63,665 bases of DNA, filler included, from Pelomyxa schiedti (GCA_020536535.1; 12 parts of 12 records of this genome joined end to end with filler, not necessarily neighbours in it), one strand, 5' to 3'. Shown: positions 25,829-39,965, counted from the whole stretch's first letter. Made by a program: numbers and translations. Notes: generated from the sequence alone by a model not told the origin.

Positions 25829-26172
25829 TTAAGAGATGAACTGCCTGGCAGCACAGAACACCCAACAACGAGGTAGCTCTATGATGCACATCATTCCCTC
25901 AGTGGACTTGAAAAGGAGGCTGAGGTTGGAAGGGAAAAGCTGTGGCAGTTTGTGGGTGTTGCGGAAGTACAACGTGATGGTGTTTATATACGGTGCATGT
26001 TACCTCAGGCATGCTTTTTTTCTTTTTTTTTCCCTCTCCAAGTTTCCCACCTCAAAACAGAGAGTTGGTGANNNNNNNNNNNNNNNNNNNNNNNNNNNNN
26101 NNNNNNNNNNNNNNNTTAATTAATTAANNNNNNNNNNNNNNNNNNNNNNNNNNNNNNNNNNNNNNNNNNNNG

Positions 26173-26685
26173 GGTGGTAACAACGCACATGCCGCAAATA
26201 TCGTCGCTGCAATTTTTCTTGCCACTGGTCAGGACTGTGCACATGTTGTTGATAGTAGCTGTTGCCTGACCCAAGTAGACCTTTGGCACCCAACCGCAAG
26301 CGAAGACACTCCTCAAGAGACCACGAAAGAGTCAGACCCCGGCTTGCTGGTATCCTGCACAATGCCATCCCTTGAAGTTGGTGTGGTTGGAGGAGGCACA
26401 CAACTGGCTGCCCAGGTACATCTTTTATTGAGAAACTCTTTTCCTCACTTCTTCTAGTCAGGATGCCTCGAACTCTTGGGCGTGATGAAAGGAAAAACAG
26501 GATATGCTGAGCGATCACGAGCCTTGGCTCGACTGGTATGCCTTCCTTAATTATACGTCTAGTAACATCACAAACATGCTAAGATTTGTGCATCTGTTCT
26601 GGCTGGGGAGTTGTCCCTTATTGCTGCACTTACCTCGGGTGACCTAGTGAAAAGCCATCTCCGGCTGAACAGGCATAAACCATGA
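26173..26685 (+). CDS. HMGCR: Class I HMG-CoA reductase, 3' exons (not in ORF track)
   Basis: [68 protein letters not shown] (catalytic His). Confidence 0.95.
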
Positions 26686-27291
26686 GAAAACGAGCGCTTT
26701 TTCCAAGAACGAGCAGGACCGGATTCACAATAGAACCTAAAGGTTTTCAGAATATACAGGCGCAAACATAATACTTGTTCCAACCACAATTCGCTTTGGA
26801 GCAGTCCGACTCCAGTAGTTAAGGAAGCGTTTGATCCTTATTCTTGGTTGAGCCACCTACCCAAGATCCTTGAGGCTGTGAATTCCCCAGCGGCTCAGAC
26901 TAGTTATTAAGCGACTTTCTCATACTATTTCAGGGCTGCTGCGCGGCAATTCTTGCCAAGGGGGAATTGGAAAGGTGTTGTTTTTGTTTATTGCCAGGGG
27001 TAGTAACTAGATCCAACATAATAAAGGTTTTTTTCTTTGTTAGCTCATGCTCATTTTCTATGGTATCATTGTTGCATTGCACCAGCCAGACTTGAGTGTC
27101 CAATTCACAATATACAGGCCCGTTGTTGTGCGGATGTAGTACCAGTACATGCCACCATCTCTGTTGTAACACACGGTTGGAGACACTGTTGNNNNNNNNN
27201 NNNNNNNNNNNNNNNNNNNNNNNNNNNNNNNNNNNTTAATTAATTAANNNNNNNNNNNNNNNNNNNNNNNNNNNNNNNNNNNNNNNNNNNN

Positions 27292-27572
27292 AGCGCCTGG
27301 ATCTCGGCCCGCAGCTGGGCCTCGCTGCGGCGGCGGGCCTGCTCCACGGCGCGGAGGGAGTCGGCGAGGGCCCGGTTGGCGGCGACCAGCGAGGACAGGA
27401 CGGCGCCAAGCGCGGGAGCCGCGAGGGGGCACGTGGCCGCGTGGTGGCCCCCGGTGCACGCTTCTGAAGAAGCGCACGGAGGCAGGGGCAGTGTGGAGAT
27501 GTCGACCAGCAACATATCCAATGGGTCACTACCACCCTGTGGGAGGGCGACCCGTTCTGCTGCCTCCCGCAT
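27292..27572 (-). CDS. 5' fragment of hypothetical coiled-coil protein
   Basis: GC-rich open frame (...AANRALADSLRAVEQARRRSEAQLRAEIQA) running into the linker. Confidence 0.4.
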
Positions 27573-27723
27573 CGCCAAACGGTATATTTATACGGATTTT
27601 GTGGCGGTGCGTCGTTACTACAGGTATAAAAGGGCTTGGGTCTGGTCTCATCACATCAGCAGATGGTTGATGTCGTTGTACTTCCTTAGCCTTCCGCTAC
27701 AGATTTCGTGTAAAGGGAATTTG

Positions 27724-28113
27724 ATGATGAGCGTGGACAAAGTGGCAGCAGTGGCAGCGGTGACGACGCGGAGCCAACTTGGAGCACTCGCGGCAGGGGC
27801 GACGATCAGTCGGTGCGGGGCCAACAGCGCCATGGTGGGAGCCATGGGCCACGGCCACGCGACCTCGTTGGTGCGCATGCTGTGGTCCGACTGGGTCCGT
27901 CCCACAATCCGGTTCTTCGTGGTCGACGCGAGGGGATTCCCGAGTGAGGCCACGGTGTCCTTTGCCCTCTCCCCCCTGCTCCTCAGTGTCGCCCTCGCCC
28001 CCGCCTGCTTCGACGTGGGGTTCGGTTCCAGTTGGGTCGACAGCAACCGGTTCGCCTACGTTCGCTTTGGCGGCGATCCCTATCTTCCGGGTCTGTGGGT
28101 CCGGGACATGTAA
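27724..28113 (+). pseudogene. Truncated 'HPRCG-module' family paralogue
   Basis: Near-identical to the 5' end of the gene at 28336 but carries internal deletions and stops after 'VRDM'. Confidence 0.6.
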
Positions 28114-28335
28114 AGAATACACCCCTTTTCATTTCATTGCCTCGTATCCTGGGTCCAACCAGGTGCACACATCGCCACCGACATCGTATCTCGACGCGGA
28201 ATGAAGGAAGTAGTGCCATACAACCCCCAGTGTTGGTTACACAGCCATGAACCCAAGACAACAGTTGTTGCTCAATGCTCTCCAACAAACACTGATCTCA
28301 CATAACAGATTCTGAGCTACACTCGCTTTCTGAGC

Positions 28336-29088
28336 TTGATGGTGGACAAAGTGACATCAGTGGCAGCGGTGACGACGCGGAGCCAACTTGGAGCACTCGC
28401 GGCAGGGGCGGCGATCAGTCGGTGCGGGGCCAACAGCGCCATGGTGGGAGTTATGGGTCACGGCCACGCGACCTCGTTGGTGCGCATGCTGTGGTCCGAC
28501 TGGGTCCGTCCCACAATCCTGTTCTTCGTGGTCGACGCGAGGGGCTTCCCGAGTGGGGCCACCACCTGCTCCTACAGCCAAGCGAAGTCGACCACCACGG
28601 TGTCCTTTGCCCTCTCCCCGTTGCTCCTCAGCGTCGCCCTCGCCCCCGCGCCGCCCCCTGCGTGCATCAACACTGCGTCGGGCGCCAGTTGGGTCGACAG
28701 CGACCGCGCCGCCGACGTGGCTTACGGTGGTTCGTATCCGCTGTATCACCCTGTTGTGTGGGTCAGGGACGTGCACACCCGCCTCCCTGGAGGAGCAGGC
28801 GGGGTCGCGGTGGCCCGCGGGCGCCCTGGTGAGGCTTATGTGTATGCAGTGGACTCCAAGTGGGCTGCCATGGTGTCTTACAGCACAGCAGGGAACGGTA
28901 GTCCAGCGGCGTTGACTGTTGCTTCGTTGCTAAGGGTGCCATCTGTTGATGACCACACAGGCATGGAGTATCTCTCCAACAGTGTTGTTGTGGAAATGCC
29001 ATTTGTGGAGTATACTGTGCCCATACGCTTCCAACTGTACCTTGACAAGTCAGTCGACAGTGAGGTCATCGTGGTGCTGAGTCCCCAT
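28336..29088 (+). CDS. 'HPRCG-module' family protein (3' truncated by contig end)
   Basis: TRSQLGALAAGAAISRCG...LWSDWVRP...VSFALSPLLLSV, then a beta-rich region. No introns seen. Confidence 0.7.
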
Positions 29089-29188
29089 NNNNNNNNNNNN
29101 NNNNNNNNNNNNNNNNNNNNNNNNNNNNNNNNTTAATTAATTAANNNNNNNNNNNNNNNNNNNNNNNNNNNNNNNNNNNNNNNNNNNN

Positions 29189-29449
29189 CTTCGACAATCC
29201 CACAATGACTGCGACGTTCGGCGTGACGTTCCTGGGGGTGAAGCTCGAAATGAAAACGGAACCAGGGGACCACATGTCGGCCATTTGGCGGATGAGGGAC
29301 ACTGGGAGGGCACTCGCTGGGCTGTTTCGTCCGCACCTCGGGTGCGATGACGTCAGTAGCGCCTGCAACTGCTCGTGGAAGTACACCCGTGGTTGGAGCG
29401 CCCACTGGATCTCACGTGGTCCCACCTTGAGGCTCGTTGATGATGCCAT
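29189..29449 (-). CDS. 'HPRCG-module' family protein, 5' fragment
   Basis: HEQLQALLTSSHPRCGRNSPASALPVSLIRQMADMW. Tandem duplicate of the gene starting at 30918. Confidence 0.7.
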
Positions 29450-29644
29450 CACCCAATCTTGCAAGTAAGCTACTTTACCCGAATCATCACAAAACGAAAG
29501 GGTTCGGAAATCTTTGATGCACTTGGGGATGATCGATGTGCTCCGTTTGCTAAAGTAACATAAATTTTGCTCTTTTGCTAAGTTTTATGGAATGAATGGT
29601 TATCAAAATACTGTAATAGGTGGTTGATAACCATTCATTTACAG

Positions 29645-30918
29645 TCAACAAGCAATTTTATGCAGTTGTAACGTGAAAAGTGCAAGACCAGAAGCGGGAT
29701 CAACAGCATGTACCTTGTTGTAGTTGTCCTCTACAAAAACAAAATCACCAGCAATACCCAGACCAGTGCACACACGTGATGGGACGGAAAACACCTTCAC
29801 TTGCTCAGAACTGCCACTGAAGTCCCACACTCCAAACTCCTGGTGTTCTCTCTCAGCAACAAAAAGAGTATCAGTGACAAGACGATTCAGAGTCAATGTG
29901 CAGAGTNNNNNNNNNNNNNNNNNNNNNNNNNNNNNNNNNNNNNNNNNNNNNNNNNNNNNNNNNNNNNNNNNNNNNNNNNNNNNNNNNNNNNNNNNNNNNN
30001 NNNNNNTTCTCTCTCAGCAACAAAAAGAGTATCAGTGACAAGACGATTCAGAGTCAATGTGCAGAGTGCCCTGAGAGTTCCTCCGCCGATAATTTCATAC
30101 ACCCGAGAAGAATCACGTGCCAATACTCTCTTGGATTCCCAGAATAACTGGTACATGGGCGGAACTTTGCCCCCCCATTGAACAGGTGTAACAACATTCA
30201 CGGTATCCACAGGCACAGTCTCACCAGTTTCAAATGCAGCCGCTGAATTGACGAGGTGGATGAACGGTTGGTTCTGTGCTCCTAAGCACAACACGCTGAA
30301 GAAGCTGCCATCACCCACAAAAGACTTCCAATTCATGATGGGATGTGCACTGCAGGTGGTCAACTTCCTTGGCCCCAACACACACAATCCCTTCTCCCTT
30401 GAATCCACCACCCTCCACATCCTCCAGTGTGAAGTATCTATTATCCACTGGCCTCTGCATTCCACTGTGTATAAATAGCCCCCCAATTCAGGCACTGTGG
30501 CCTCACAGGAATCCACGAGGTCGCAGACGGTGGCTGTGGGATCACTCCCATAACCGTGTTGTGGTGGCCGCAGGAAGCGTCTGCCATCGTCGGTCATCCA
30601 CGCGACGCCATCACCCACGTCAACTTGTGTGATTATGGGATCCCGGGTCGTAACTCCCAGTGTGTGCTTCGACATTCCCACAATGACCACAACGGCGGGC
30701 CTGGTAGTGTAACTGTGAACAAAGACAGACCCAGGGCGCCACATGTCGGCCAATTGGCGGATGAGGGACACCGGGAGGGCACTCGCTGGGCTGTTTCGTC
30801 CGCACCTCGGGTGCGATGACGTCAACAGTGCTTGCAACTGCTCGTGGAAGTACACCCGTGGTTGGAGCGCCCACTGGGTTTCACGTGTTCCCACCTTGAG
30901 CCTCGTTGGCGTGGGCAT
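29645..30918 (-). CDS. 'HPRCG-module' family protein with beta-propeller-like C-terminal region
   Basis: HEQLQALLTSSHPRCG...GMSKHTLGV. The frame continues across the N gap once the 61-bp duplicated flank is collapsed. Ends LHKIAC*. Confidence 0.75.
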
Positions 30919-31252
30919 CACGAGATCTTGGTTTTTTTCTCTGAACCCATCATTCGATTGATGGGACACAATGCAACTCGCAGAAGTAAACGTGGTTGGA
31001 GCCCCCACGGATTCGACGTGACCCTTGCCTGCGGATTAATTACAGACAGAGAAAAATCTGTAGTAGCAGGTCCTTTGATTTTACCCGAAAAAATGAAAGC
31101 ATCACTGACACACACGGGCTGGGTCGTCGTGGAAGATGCCACCTACGTCGACNNNNNNNNNNNNNNNNNNNNNNNNNNNNNNNNNNNNNNNNNNNNTTAA
31201 TTAATTAANNNNNNNNNNNNNNNNNNNNNNNNNNNNNNNNNNNNNNNNNNNN

Positions 31253-31711
31253 CTTTCCCACAATTCCCAGCAACTTCCTGAAGTGATGGTTCCAGCCACG
31301 CAATCCTGCCACCAACAGTGCTCCCACAAGTACCACGCCCACATTCTAGCCAAGTGATCACATCATCAGCAACAATAACACCGCCCCCAATTATGCTCCA
31401 CGTTCCACCCTCATACACTCTCACAAACCCTGGCACAGTGGTCAGTGTGCTGAGAAGATAACCTGAGAAACAAATGAGCCACACACACCCATAACCAACT
31501 CCACGATGATCCTGGCAACATTGAATGGGACACACAATCGACGCATCAGAGTCCTTGACCCCGTCCTCTCACGCCAGCCACACAGGAACGAAACGATTCC
31601 CTTCCTCTCACAGTCCCACTCTCCCATAATCCCCGAGTTTGTTGTTGGTGCACTTTGTTGCTGTTGTGGTTCCTTTAGTGGTTCTCCTGATGAGGACTTC
31701 GACACACCCAT
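31253..31711 (-). CDS. 5' part of hypothetical protein with divergent family-like module
   Basis: MGVSKS... KGIVSFLCGWRERTGSRTLMRRLCVPFNVARIIVELV. Truncated by the linker. Confidence 0.45.
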
Positions 31712-31875
31712 CAGATCAATTTTCTGCGTGGTTGTTTTTCTAATTATTTTGGCTGTTCCGGTGACGGGCTCGCTTGTCTGACGATGATGTACAGAAGGAA
31801 ATCTATTATGGTTGTAATTAATTATAATTCTACTCAAGGCTACAAGGAAAGTTTGTTGATTGCGTAGTGGATATA

Positions 31876-32588
31876 TTAATCACGGGTTATGTAGCAGATA
31901 ACTAAACCAAACACAGTTGAGATAAATGCCAATCCAGCAACTATGAAACAGATAATGCTGATGGTGAGGTCGTTTCCGCCCATATCATCAGGGTCGTATT
32001 TGAAGAACGCATACTCCTCGTAATCTTCTGAGAGAGTACCGGGATAGTCTATAACTGTATTTCTGTTGGCTTGTTCAAATCGGCACAAAGGAGACACACT
32101 CTTGTATGGGTTGAACCAACAGCTGTAGTTTTGACCAACATCCCACTGATCCAGGAGATCATAGGCATCTTCCATGTAACCCCATCCACCAGTGCTGGTA
32201 TCACCAAGGGAGATTTTGTCATAGTACCTATGCACGATCAGCTATCCTGCTTATAATCTTGAAAAGGGAAGTGTAATACGTGTCCACAACAGTGTCATTT
32301 GTTCCTGTTATATTCTCATAGATGTCCACGCGCCACTGTGCTCGATAATTGTCCGTCTCGAGGTTCGAGTCATAGTAAGAATACACCTCTAAAAACACTA
32401 CGAGGGAAAAAAAAAACACACATCGGACTACCTGCTTCCCATGTGTAACATATTCCCCTAGTCATGTAGTATTCTCCAGCCTCACTCGTGTTCAAGTACC
32501 ATATCCCCAGTCCCAGGCACACCCCAAATACGGACAAGCCAAAAACGAGGATAAATATAAACGTGACAACAGTGCACTTGTTGCCCAT
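31876..32588 (-). CDS. Two-TM membrane protein with Cys-containing extracellular loop
   Basis: N-terminal TM (FIFILVFGLSVFGVCLGLGIW), loop with 'VGQNYSCWFNP', C-terminal TM. Three exons. Confidence 0.65.
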
Positions 32589-33027
32589 TGTATAATAACT
32601 GTAACTACAATACTTCTACAACTACACAGTAGGTCCCTCTACAACCAACAGAGATACGTTGAGACGAAAACGCGAAAAATTTCTGTTACCAGAAGAACAG
32701 TCCTTGAAGACGTGGCAGAATAAAATAATCAACAGACCGGAACGCTGTCATTTTCCTTATCATCGCTCAGGATCGGCAGTCTGGTGTTTTTTTTATTCAG
32801 CCACGTCTCTTCATTGTTTCTGAGAAAGGTTTTTTCACGAACTAAAACCAATAAAAACTGGATCGCACTACGAGGTACCCGGTGTCGCGTCACCCCAATT
32901 TTTTTTGTCCTGTCACTGTTGTCTTTTTATTGTATTATATTTTTTTTCCCCTACTTATAGTGAACAACTACACACGCACAGGAGATCTACAGTGCCATCA
33001 TCTGGTGCTACTGCAAACACAGGAGGA

Positions 33028-34885
33028 ATGAACGCTTGTGTTGTCGTATTTCCGCTCGTTATTGCCATTATCGCCGGNNNNNNNNNNNNNNNNNNNNNNN
33101 NNNNNNNNNNNNNNNNNNNNNNNNNNNNNNNNNNNNNNNNNNNNNNNNNNNNNNNNNNNNNNNNNNNNNNNNNNNNNATAGTGAACAACTACACACGCAC
33201 AGGAGATCTACAGTGCCATCATCTGGTGCTACTGCAAACACAGGAGGAATGAACGCTTGTGTTGTCGTATTTCCGCTCGTTATTGCCATTATCGCCGGTA
33301 TTCTTATCGCCGGAGGGATTCACCAAGTTAGTTTCTTACCTTTCTTTCACATCGTAACAACAATTTACGCTTTTTTTTTTTATTTTTTTCCGTTCGAATG
33401 AACACAGGTAGAGGAGGGACACATTGGGGTGTATTGGCGTGGTGGCGCCTTATTGAGTTCAACCAGTGATCCAGGCTACCACGTCAAACTACCTCTGGTG
33501 ACTCACAGTGCTAATGTACAAGTTACTCTTCAGACTGATGTAGTAAAGAACATTCCTTGTGGCACGTCTGGAGGCGGTATGCTAGTTATAACTCTTCTCC
33601 CTTTCATTCAACTTCACTTGTAGTTATGATATACTTCGAGGCAATTGAGGTAGTGAACCGCCTCCGGAAGGATCATGCCTACAAGACAATCAAGCTCTAT
33701 GGTGTTAATTATGATAAAGTCTGGATTTTCGACAAGATTCATCATGAAATTAATCAGGTACATATATCCTCTCAATAAACTAGTTCTCATACTTGATAGT
33801 TCTGCAGTAAGCACTCTTTGCAAGAGGTTTACATTGATGCCTTCGATACACTTGATGAAGCTTTAGCAACCGCACTTCAGTCATCCTGTGATGAGTGGGA
33901 TACTGGTGTAGACATTGGTAACTAAACCTGCGCCATATATCACTCTAATGTGAGTTCAGTTGCTATTAGGGTTACCAAACCAAAGATCCCTGAGGCCATC
34001 ATGCACAATTATCTTGCAGTAAGTAGAGCTGCATCTAATAAATGTCTCAGTTTTTCCTCAGGTCACTGAAGAGAAAACCAAACTTCTCGTGGCTCAGCAA
34101 CATCAGCAGTTGGTCACAAAGGAGGAGGAGACAAAGCGTTTGGCAGCCCTTGTCAGTGCTGAACGAGAAGCCGAAGTTGCTAAGGTGGCGGCTTCTCGCG
34201 AGGCGGCAGTGGCTATCATTTCCCAACAGAGTAAGTCCAATGCAACCCCTTTCGCATTTTGACTTAACCTTTACAGAGGAGACAAACGTTTCGTTCATAA
34301 GACTTCAACAGGAAATAAAGGAGAAAGAAAACGAAGCACGCAAGGCTGTAATTGAAGCTCAGATGCAAGCCGATAAACTGAGGACGGAAGCTGCCGGTAA
34401 TACATTTCCGAAGTTACGAGAAGTCGACTAATAAAATACTCAGCGGCCGCAAACGTTTCCATGATACGCATGGAAATGGAGCTTAAAATAAAAGAGACAG
34501 AGTCAAAGAAGGCTGCCATTGACAATCAGATTTTCTCCGACCGACAGAAGGTTAGTATCCCCTTCATGTAAGGTACACCGTACCAACCGAAACCAAACAG
34601 GCCGTAGCCGACGCACAAGCATATGCCATTGCAGCAGAAGCTCAGGCCAACAAAGCACGCCTCACCCCGGAATACCTCCGCTTTGTGTTATACCAGGTTT
34701 CGTACTACATTATTTCCCCAACACAAACACAACACCCACGAAACAAAACAGAGGTTTCTCACCCTAAACCCAAACAGAGCCTGGCCAATTCCACCAAGAT
34801 ATACTTTGGACCCTCGATACCGTCCATCTTCCTCGAGTGGGCCAACGACGACGGCAAACTCACCCTGTTCCCTGAGAAGAAGTAG
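33028..34885 (+). CDS. ERLIN: Erlin (SPFH/band 7 family); first exon duplicated across the scaffold gap
   Basis: [77 protein letters not shown]. Confidence 0.95.
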
Positions 34886-34966
34886 AAAAACAAAAACAAA
34901 TCTCATCTCCTTCACCAAACCCGCCCATCTTTTCGTTCGTTTTATTTTTTCCAACACGAAACGGCA

Positions 34967-36621
34967 ATGTCGCACAGCAGCACAACCACCAGCGCCTCGG
35001 CCTCGGCCTCGGCCTCAGCGTCTAGTGGTGAGGGTGGGACGATGTCGATTATGGGAGGTGGCAGGGGCGACAACCCGTGGCTGGCACCACCGCCCCCCAG
35101 GCCCCGTGGCGACGACGACGATGACGAAGAAGGGGAGGGGGAGCCACGCGTCGCCGTGGTGCGTGTGTACACACTCCCACCACCACCAAGCCACACCGCA
35201 CTCCCAAACTCAGTCAGTCACTGTGCCACTTACTAATTATGGGTAGGAAGACGAAGTAACGGCGAGTGGGCCGCCACCAGGGGGCATGAGGAGCAAGGGG
35301 AACACAGGNNNNNNNNNNNNNNNNNNNNNNNNNNNNNNNNNNNNNNNNNNNNNNNNNNNNNNNNNNNNNNNNNNNNNNNNNNNNNNNNNNNNNNNNNNNN
35401 NNNNNNNNAAGCCACACCGCACTCCCAAACTCAGTCAGTCACTGTGCCACTTACTAATTATGGGTAGGAAGACGAAGTAACGGCGAGTGGGCCGCCACCA
35501 GGGGGCATGAGGAGCAAGGGGAACACAGGGCCCAAGGGAGTGATGGCTGACTACGCTGATGCAAGCCACCATGCCCAAGTCAGGTATACTAATCGAAAAC
35601 CAAAAGCAAACCAAAAATAGAAAATGAAATAAAATCGAAACGGAACAAAAAAAAAAACCAAAAAAACACAAAAGTGATAGGTACTAGATAACTAACCAAA
35701 TTGCTCCCTAACAACATACAAATGCAAGTGGAACTCACATTTATTCTGTACAGATTGCAGCAGAAACAACAACGCATTCAGGAGGAGATAGCAAAGCACC
35801 TCACTACTACAACTACTGTTGCCGAAGATGTGCGTGTATACACACGGTTTCTGGGTTTTCTTTGTATTAATACCATAAAGGAGGAACACCGACGCATGGA
35901 ACAGCAAGTGGAAGAAGAGTTTGATTTGGAGGACAAAGCCTTTTTTGAAGAATATAAAAGGAAGAGAATGGAAGAAATGATACGCGACCGTTGCCAGTTA
36001 GGGCCCATTTCTTTCTCTTTCTCCCTTGGCTATCTTAACAATATGCAGGCCAACTTATGGGACTCTAAAAGAGCTTCACACTGACGATTACATGGATACA
36101 ATTCAGAACATGGATCCTGACACAACTGTGTTCATTCACATCTTCCAACCGGTGGGTATAACCTTCTTGTATTGTACTTGTGACAACTTCTCCAGAGATT
36201 CTCAGTCTGTACTTTGATCAATAATTGCCTGGAAAGTTTAGCAAACCGCCACACACATACCCTATTCTGTAAGATATCAAAAAGAGATGCCCTCAACACC
36301 TTTGATGATAAATCCCTTCCTGCCATTCTGGTCTACAAGAAGAGCGAACTTGAGAAAGTACAGTTCTCTTACTCCCTTATCTTCCGTTGTGGTCCTAACT
36401 CTCCATTAGGCCTACATGAAGTTCACCAATGAAATTGGGTTCTCATTCTCTGACCGGGACATAGAATCAGTATTTGTGAGGTATTTTGGAATTGTAAGTA
36501 ATATTTGCCATTTACTTTTTGTGTCAGAGATGGGTTATTATCTGAAACGGCGGCACCCACAACAACAACAAAGCCAACTAGCAGTCCAAAGTCAACAAAG
36601 AACCACCGCAAAGGACACTAG
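34967..36621 (+). CDS. Phosducin-like protein (PhLP1 type)
   Basis: NTGPKGVMADY motif, 'FFEEYKRKRMEEM', thioredoxin-like half with FCKI and LPAILVYK. Confidence 0.9.
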
Positions 36622-36820
36622 TCTTAATAATCTAATCTTATAATCAAAATCTGCCAAACTGTAAATCCAACAAACAAAGGCAAAAAATGATAATTTAGCC
36701 AACTTCACTTACTGTATGCCGGAAAAATAGAATAAAACCATTCATAGTTACCAAGTGGTGGACAAAGAAAAAAGAAATAGTGAGGGGTCCGTAGAAACCT
36801 CCCCTTCTTTCAAACACGAC

Positions 36821-39800
36821 TCAGGGAACAAAAATCCTGAAGTGACAAAACGTAAGGAACCAAAGTCAGGGGGATGATGGGCCACAGCATACCAATCACC
36901 AGCGAGGTTTGCCCCACTGGAATAAATGTAAAACGCAGCGGATGCCCTGAACAGGGACTTGAGGGGAGCACCCTTGTTCGATGGTGAACTGATGACGCTC
37001 GTCGGAATGAACCGCGTCCACAGTTCGTCTGTTGATGCAAGTGCCCGGAAATCCCGGCAAACCTGTGTGTGTGTGTCAAGTGGTTTACGAATGCGTAGCG
37101 GGAATTGGTGAGACGCGTACCGCGGAAAGCCGGAAGAGAGCCTTTGGATCACAGAACGAGAAAATGTTCATCCACAGTTCGTGCGGAAGCATCCCGAAAA
37201 CGTTGCTGAAAAGCTGAAGCCACCACACATCACCGTGAATCTTTCCTTGTGTGGTTGTGTATGTCAGTGAATCGTATTTCTTGTATTTTGGAAATAATAA
37301 CCTGAGGGTGTTCCAGCAGAAGGAGAGAGAGCACGACCACCTGCCAGGATCAACGAACCAGTCTCCGATGAAAGAAGAGTGTGGAATTCACGAACAGGTG
37401 GTGTGTTCGCAATCTCAACTCGTGTCCACTCCAAGGTTGTTGTTGATCCCAACATGAGTCTGTGTGAGAATCAAATTGGGGAACGAAAGGAAGAAGAGAG
37501 GGGAATACTTGAACAAAGCCATCGAAGAAGGATTTGCAGGGGGATCACAAGAGCACACAAACATTTCATCACCAATCACAGCAGCTGCGTGGCCTCGCAT
37601 CGGTGGTGGTGTGATCCCCTGCGTCGCTGGTTTCAACCACACCTTCGAGGAAATATCTGGGTGGGTGTGTGTGTGTTGTCATGTTATGTTAACCATCAGG
37701 ATTGGCATTGAAGAGATTGTTCACCGAAAATCCACACATCGTTGAGCCTCTTCCCGTTCATTGTTCCACCTGTGTGAGGGGTAATGGGTGAGTTCTCGTG
37801 GGTGAGTTGGTTGAGAGGTTCACCAAAGATGATCATGGTTCCGTTGTGGCAAACAGCTGTGTGATGGAATCTCCCGCTTGGTGTTTGTCCTCCTGGTTTG
37901 ATTGCCACCTGTGTGTGGAGTGAAAATATAGCGTCATTATTTCCATCTCATATTAACAAAAGTACTGTTAAAGTTCGGTTGTTTTGTGCAAAAATAATGG
38001 AAATATACACACCGGAATCCAAGTTTGAGCAGTCAAGTCATAACAAGTCACATCCTCACCTTCAATCCCATTGCAGTCGTATCTGCATCAAGTTTAGCAC
38101 AGGTGTGAATGTGAATGATTGAAATACCCTCCAAACACAAACAAATGCTTTGCGAATGCAACCATTGATGAACCATATCGAGGTGAGGGTGATTCTGAGG
38201 GATCTCCTTCCGGAAGAAGGGACCACTCACCTGTTGTCACATTCAGGCAATGCAACAAGTTTGTGTAACTGTTGCTCCCCCCTGAGTTACCCTAAATAAG
38301 TGAAGACATAATAAAAAACGAACCTCCAAAGAGGAACATCAGGTTGTCAACAAACCTTTGTTTTTGCAATGTCATTGAGTCAAAACAGAAAATTTAAAGT
38401 GTGAAAGGGACAGACGTGGAAGCAGCGAAAGTCATTCCTTTGTAAACAACAGAGTGCCTCGGATTCTCGTTGCAAGCTGTGTTCCCGAGAGGAATTGGTT
38501 GCAACCAACTCCCGCTCGAATATTCGAACCTCAGGACCTCAGGTGCAGGTGGTGCACCCTCGGCACACATTCCACCAACAGTGTACAGCACGCTTCCGCA
38601 TCGTGATTGTGTGTGACCGTACCTGTGTGTGTGTTCGTGTGGGAACAGGAGAAGCACAATGTTTATGTCACCTTGCAGCCACATCAACGTTGGTGAAAAG
38701 TGGTGACCATGACGGTCGATGAACAACAGTGGAAGCAGACCTTGATGTTCCAATGCGAGGAACAACTGCGTTCCACAGAGTTCCCTGGGTTTTTATGAAA
38801 GTGAGTTTGCCTGAAGGGTGGGTGTTTACCCATGAAAATGATGAAACGGATTTCTTTCTTTTCGGCATTCCAGTTGATCCTGTTGTGGCGATTCTGATTG
38901 CGTGTGTGAAGAGATCTTGAACGTGCTCTCCAGTCAATGAACTGATCTCAATGTATGCTGACGCATGAAGATTCCGTGCCATCTGAAGTTGAACACGTCA
39001 TTTGAATGATGAATTGTCTTGAGAAAAACAGTTTACCTCAGAGGCCATTTCAAAAGAAACAGGAGCTAAATTGCGCACACCGCGATCTACCATACGCTGG
39101 AGGGCAACTGGGTCAGTCCTCAGATCACGTTTTGTTCCCACAAGTATAAACGGGATTCCAGGACAAAGATGTGAAATCTAACCCAAACAATCAATCACTT
39201 TGGTCAACTGAGACAGATACAAATAACCTCATGGCGCCACTGTTTCATATTCCCCCAGTGAGTAACAATAAAAAAACACAAGAAAGATTTTGTACCTTGT
39301 CTCGAACATTCTCCAAAGACTGAAGAGAGAACACTGAAAAGCACACCTTGTGAGTTTGTAATGACAAAATGAAAACACTATATTCAAAGTCATACCAAGA
39401 ACAGATCTACGTTGGGATAGCTCAGAGGTCTCAGTCTATCATACCCCTCATCACCTGATGGCCATTTCTTGTCACAAAAACAACTCATGGACAAAAACAA
39501 AAAGGAGTTGGCTATTACCAGCAGTATCCCACAATCCCAAGCTGTACGGCTTGTCGTCGAGCGTGACTTTCACACTTAACACAACCTCAGTGAATTAAAG
39601 CAAACCCGTAATTTAATTGTGACCTGTAATTCTCAAACACCTTTTTGCGGCACGTAAGAACCAAAAAACGGGGCGGGCGAGGTAAAAAAAAAGTACAGTT
39701 GGCACGTATTGAGAGTCACCATCATACGATCCCTTGGCGTACCGTACGAGCAGGCACGTCTTGAACAGGAAAAAAAACTGTTAATTGTGGGACACTGACA

Positions 39801-39867
39801 GGTTGTTATGGCACACTTTTCCCGCGGTACCATCACCAACAGCAACAATCTTGAGGCTGCTCTCCAT
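36821..39867 (-). CDS. Rho-family GTPase - Kelch repeats - F-box fusion (copy A)
   Basis: VAVGDGTAGKT, YVPTVFENY, LWDTAGDEGYDRLRPLSYP, LVGTKRDLR, EISS. Kelch blades (RYGHT..VGG, GRFHHTA..IFGG, MRGHAAAV, REFHTL..LAGG). F-box LPHELWMNIFSF...VCRDFRALA..DELW. Ends WIFVP*. Confidence 0.85.
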
Positions 39868-39965
39868 CACCGGTTAGTTGATGGTTCCGCTAATTTGCCG
39901 GAAAAAATCTCAAGCATTGGCAACGGACGCTCACGCGAGTACCAACAACCAATACTCACATAATT

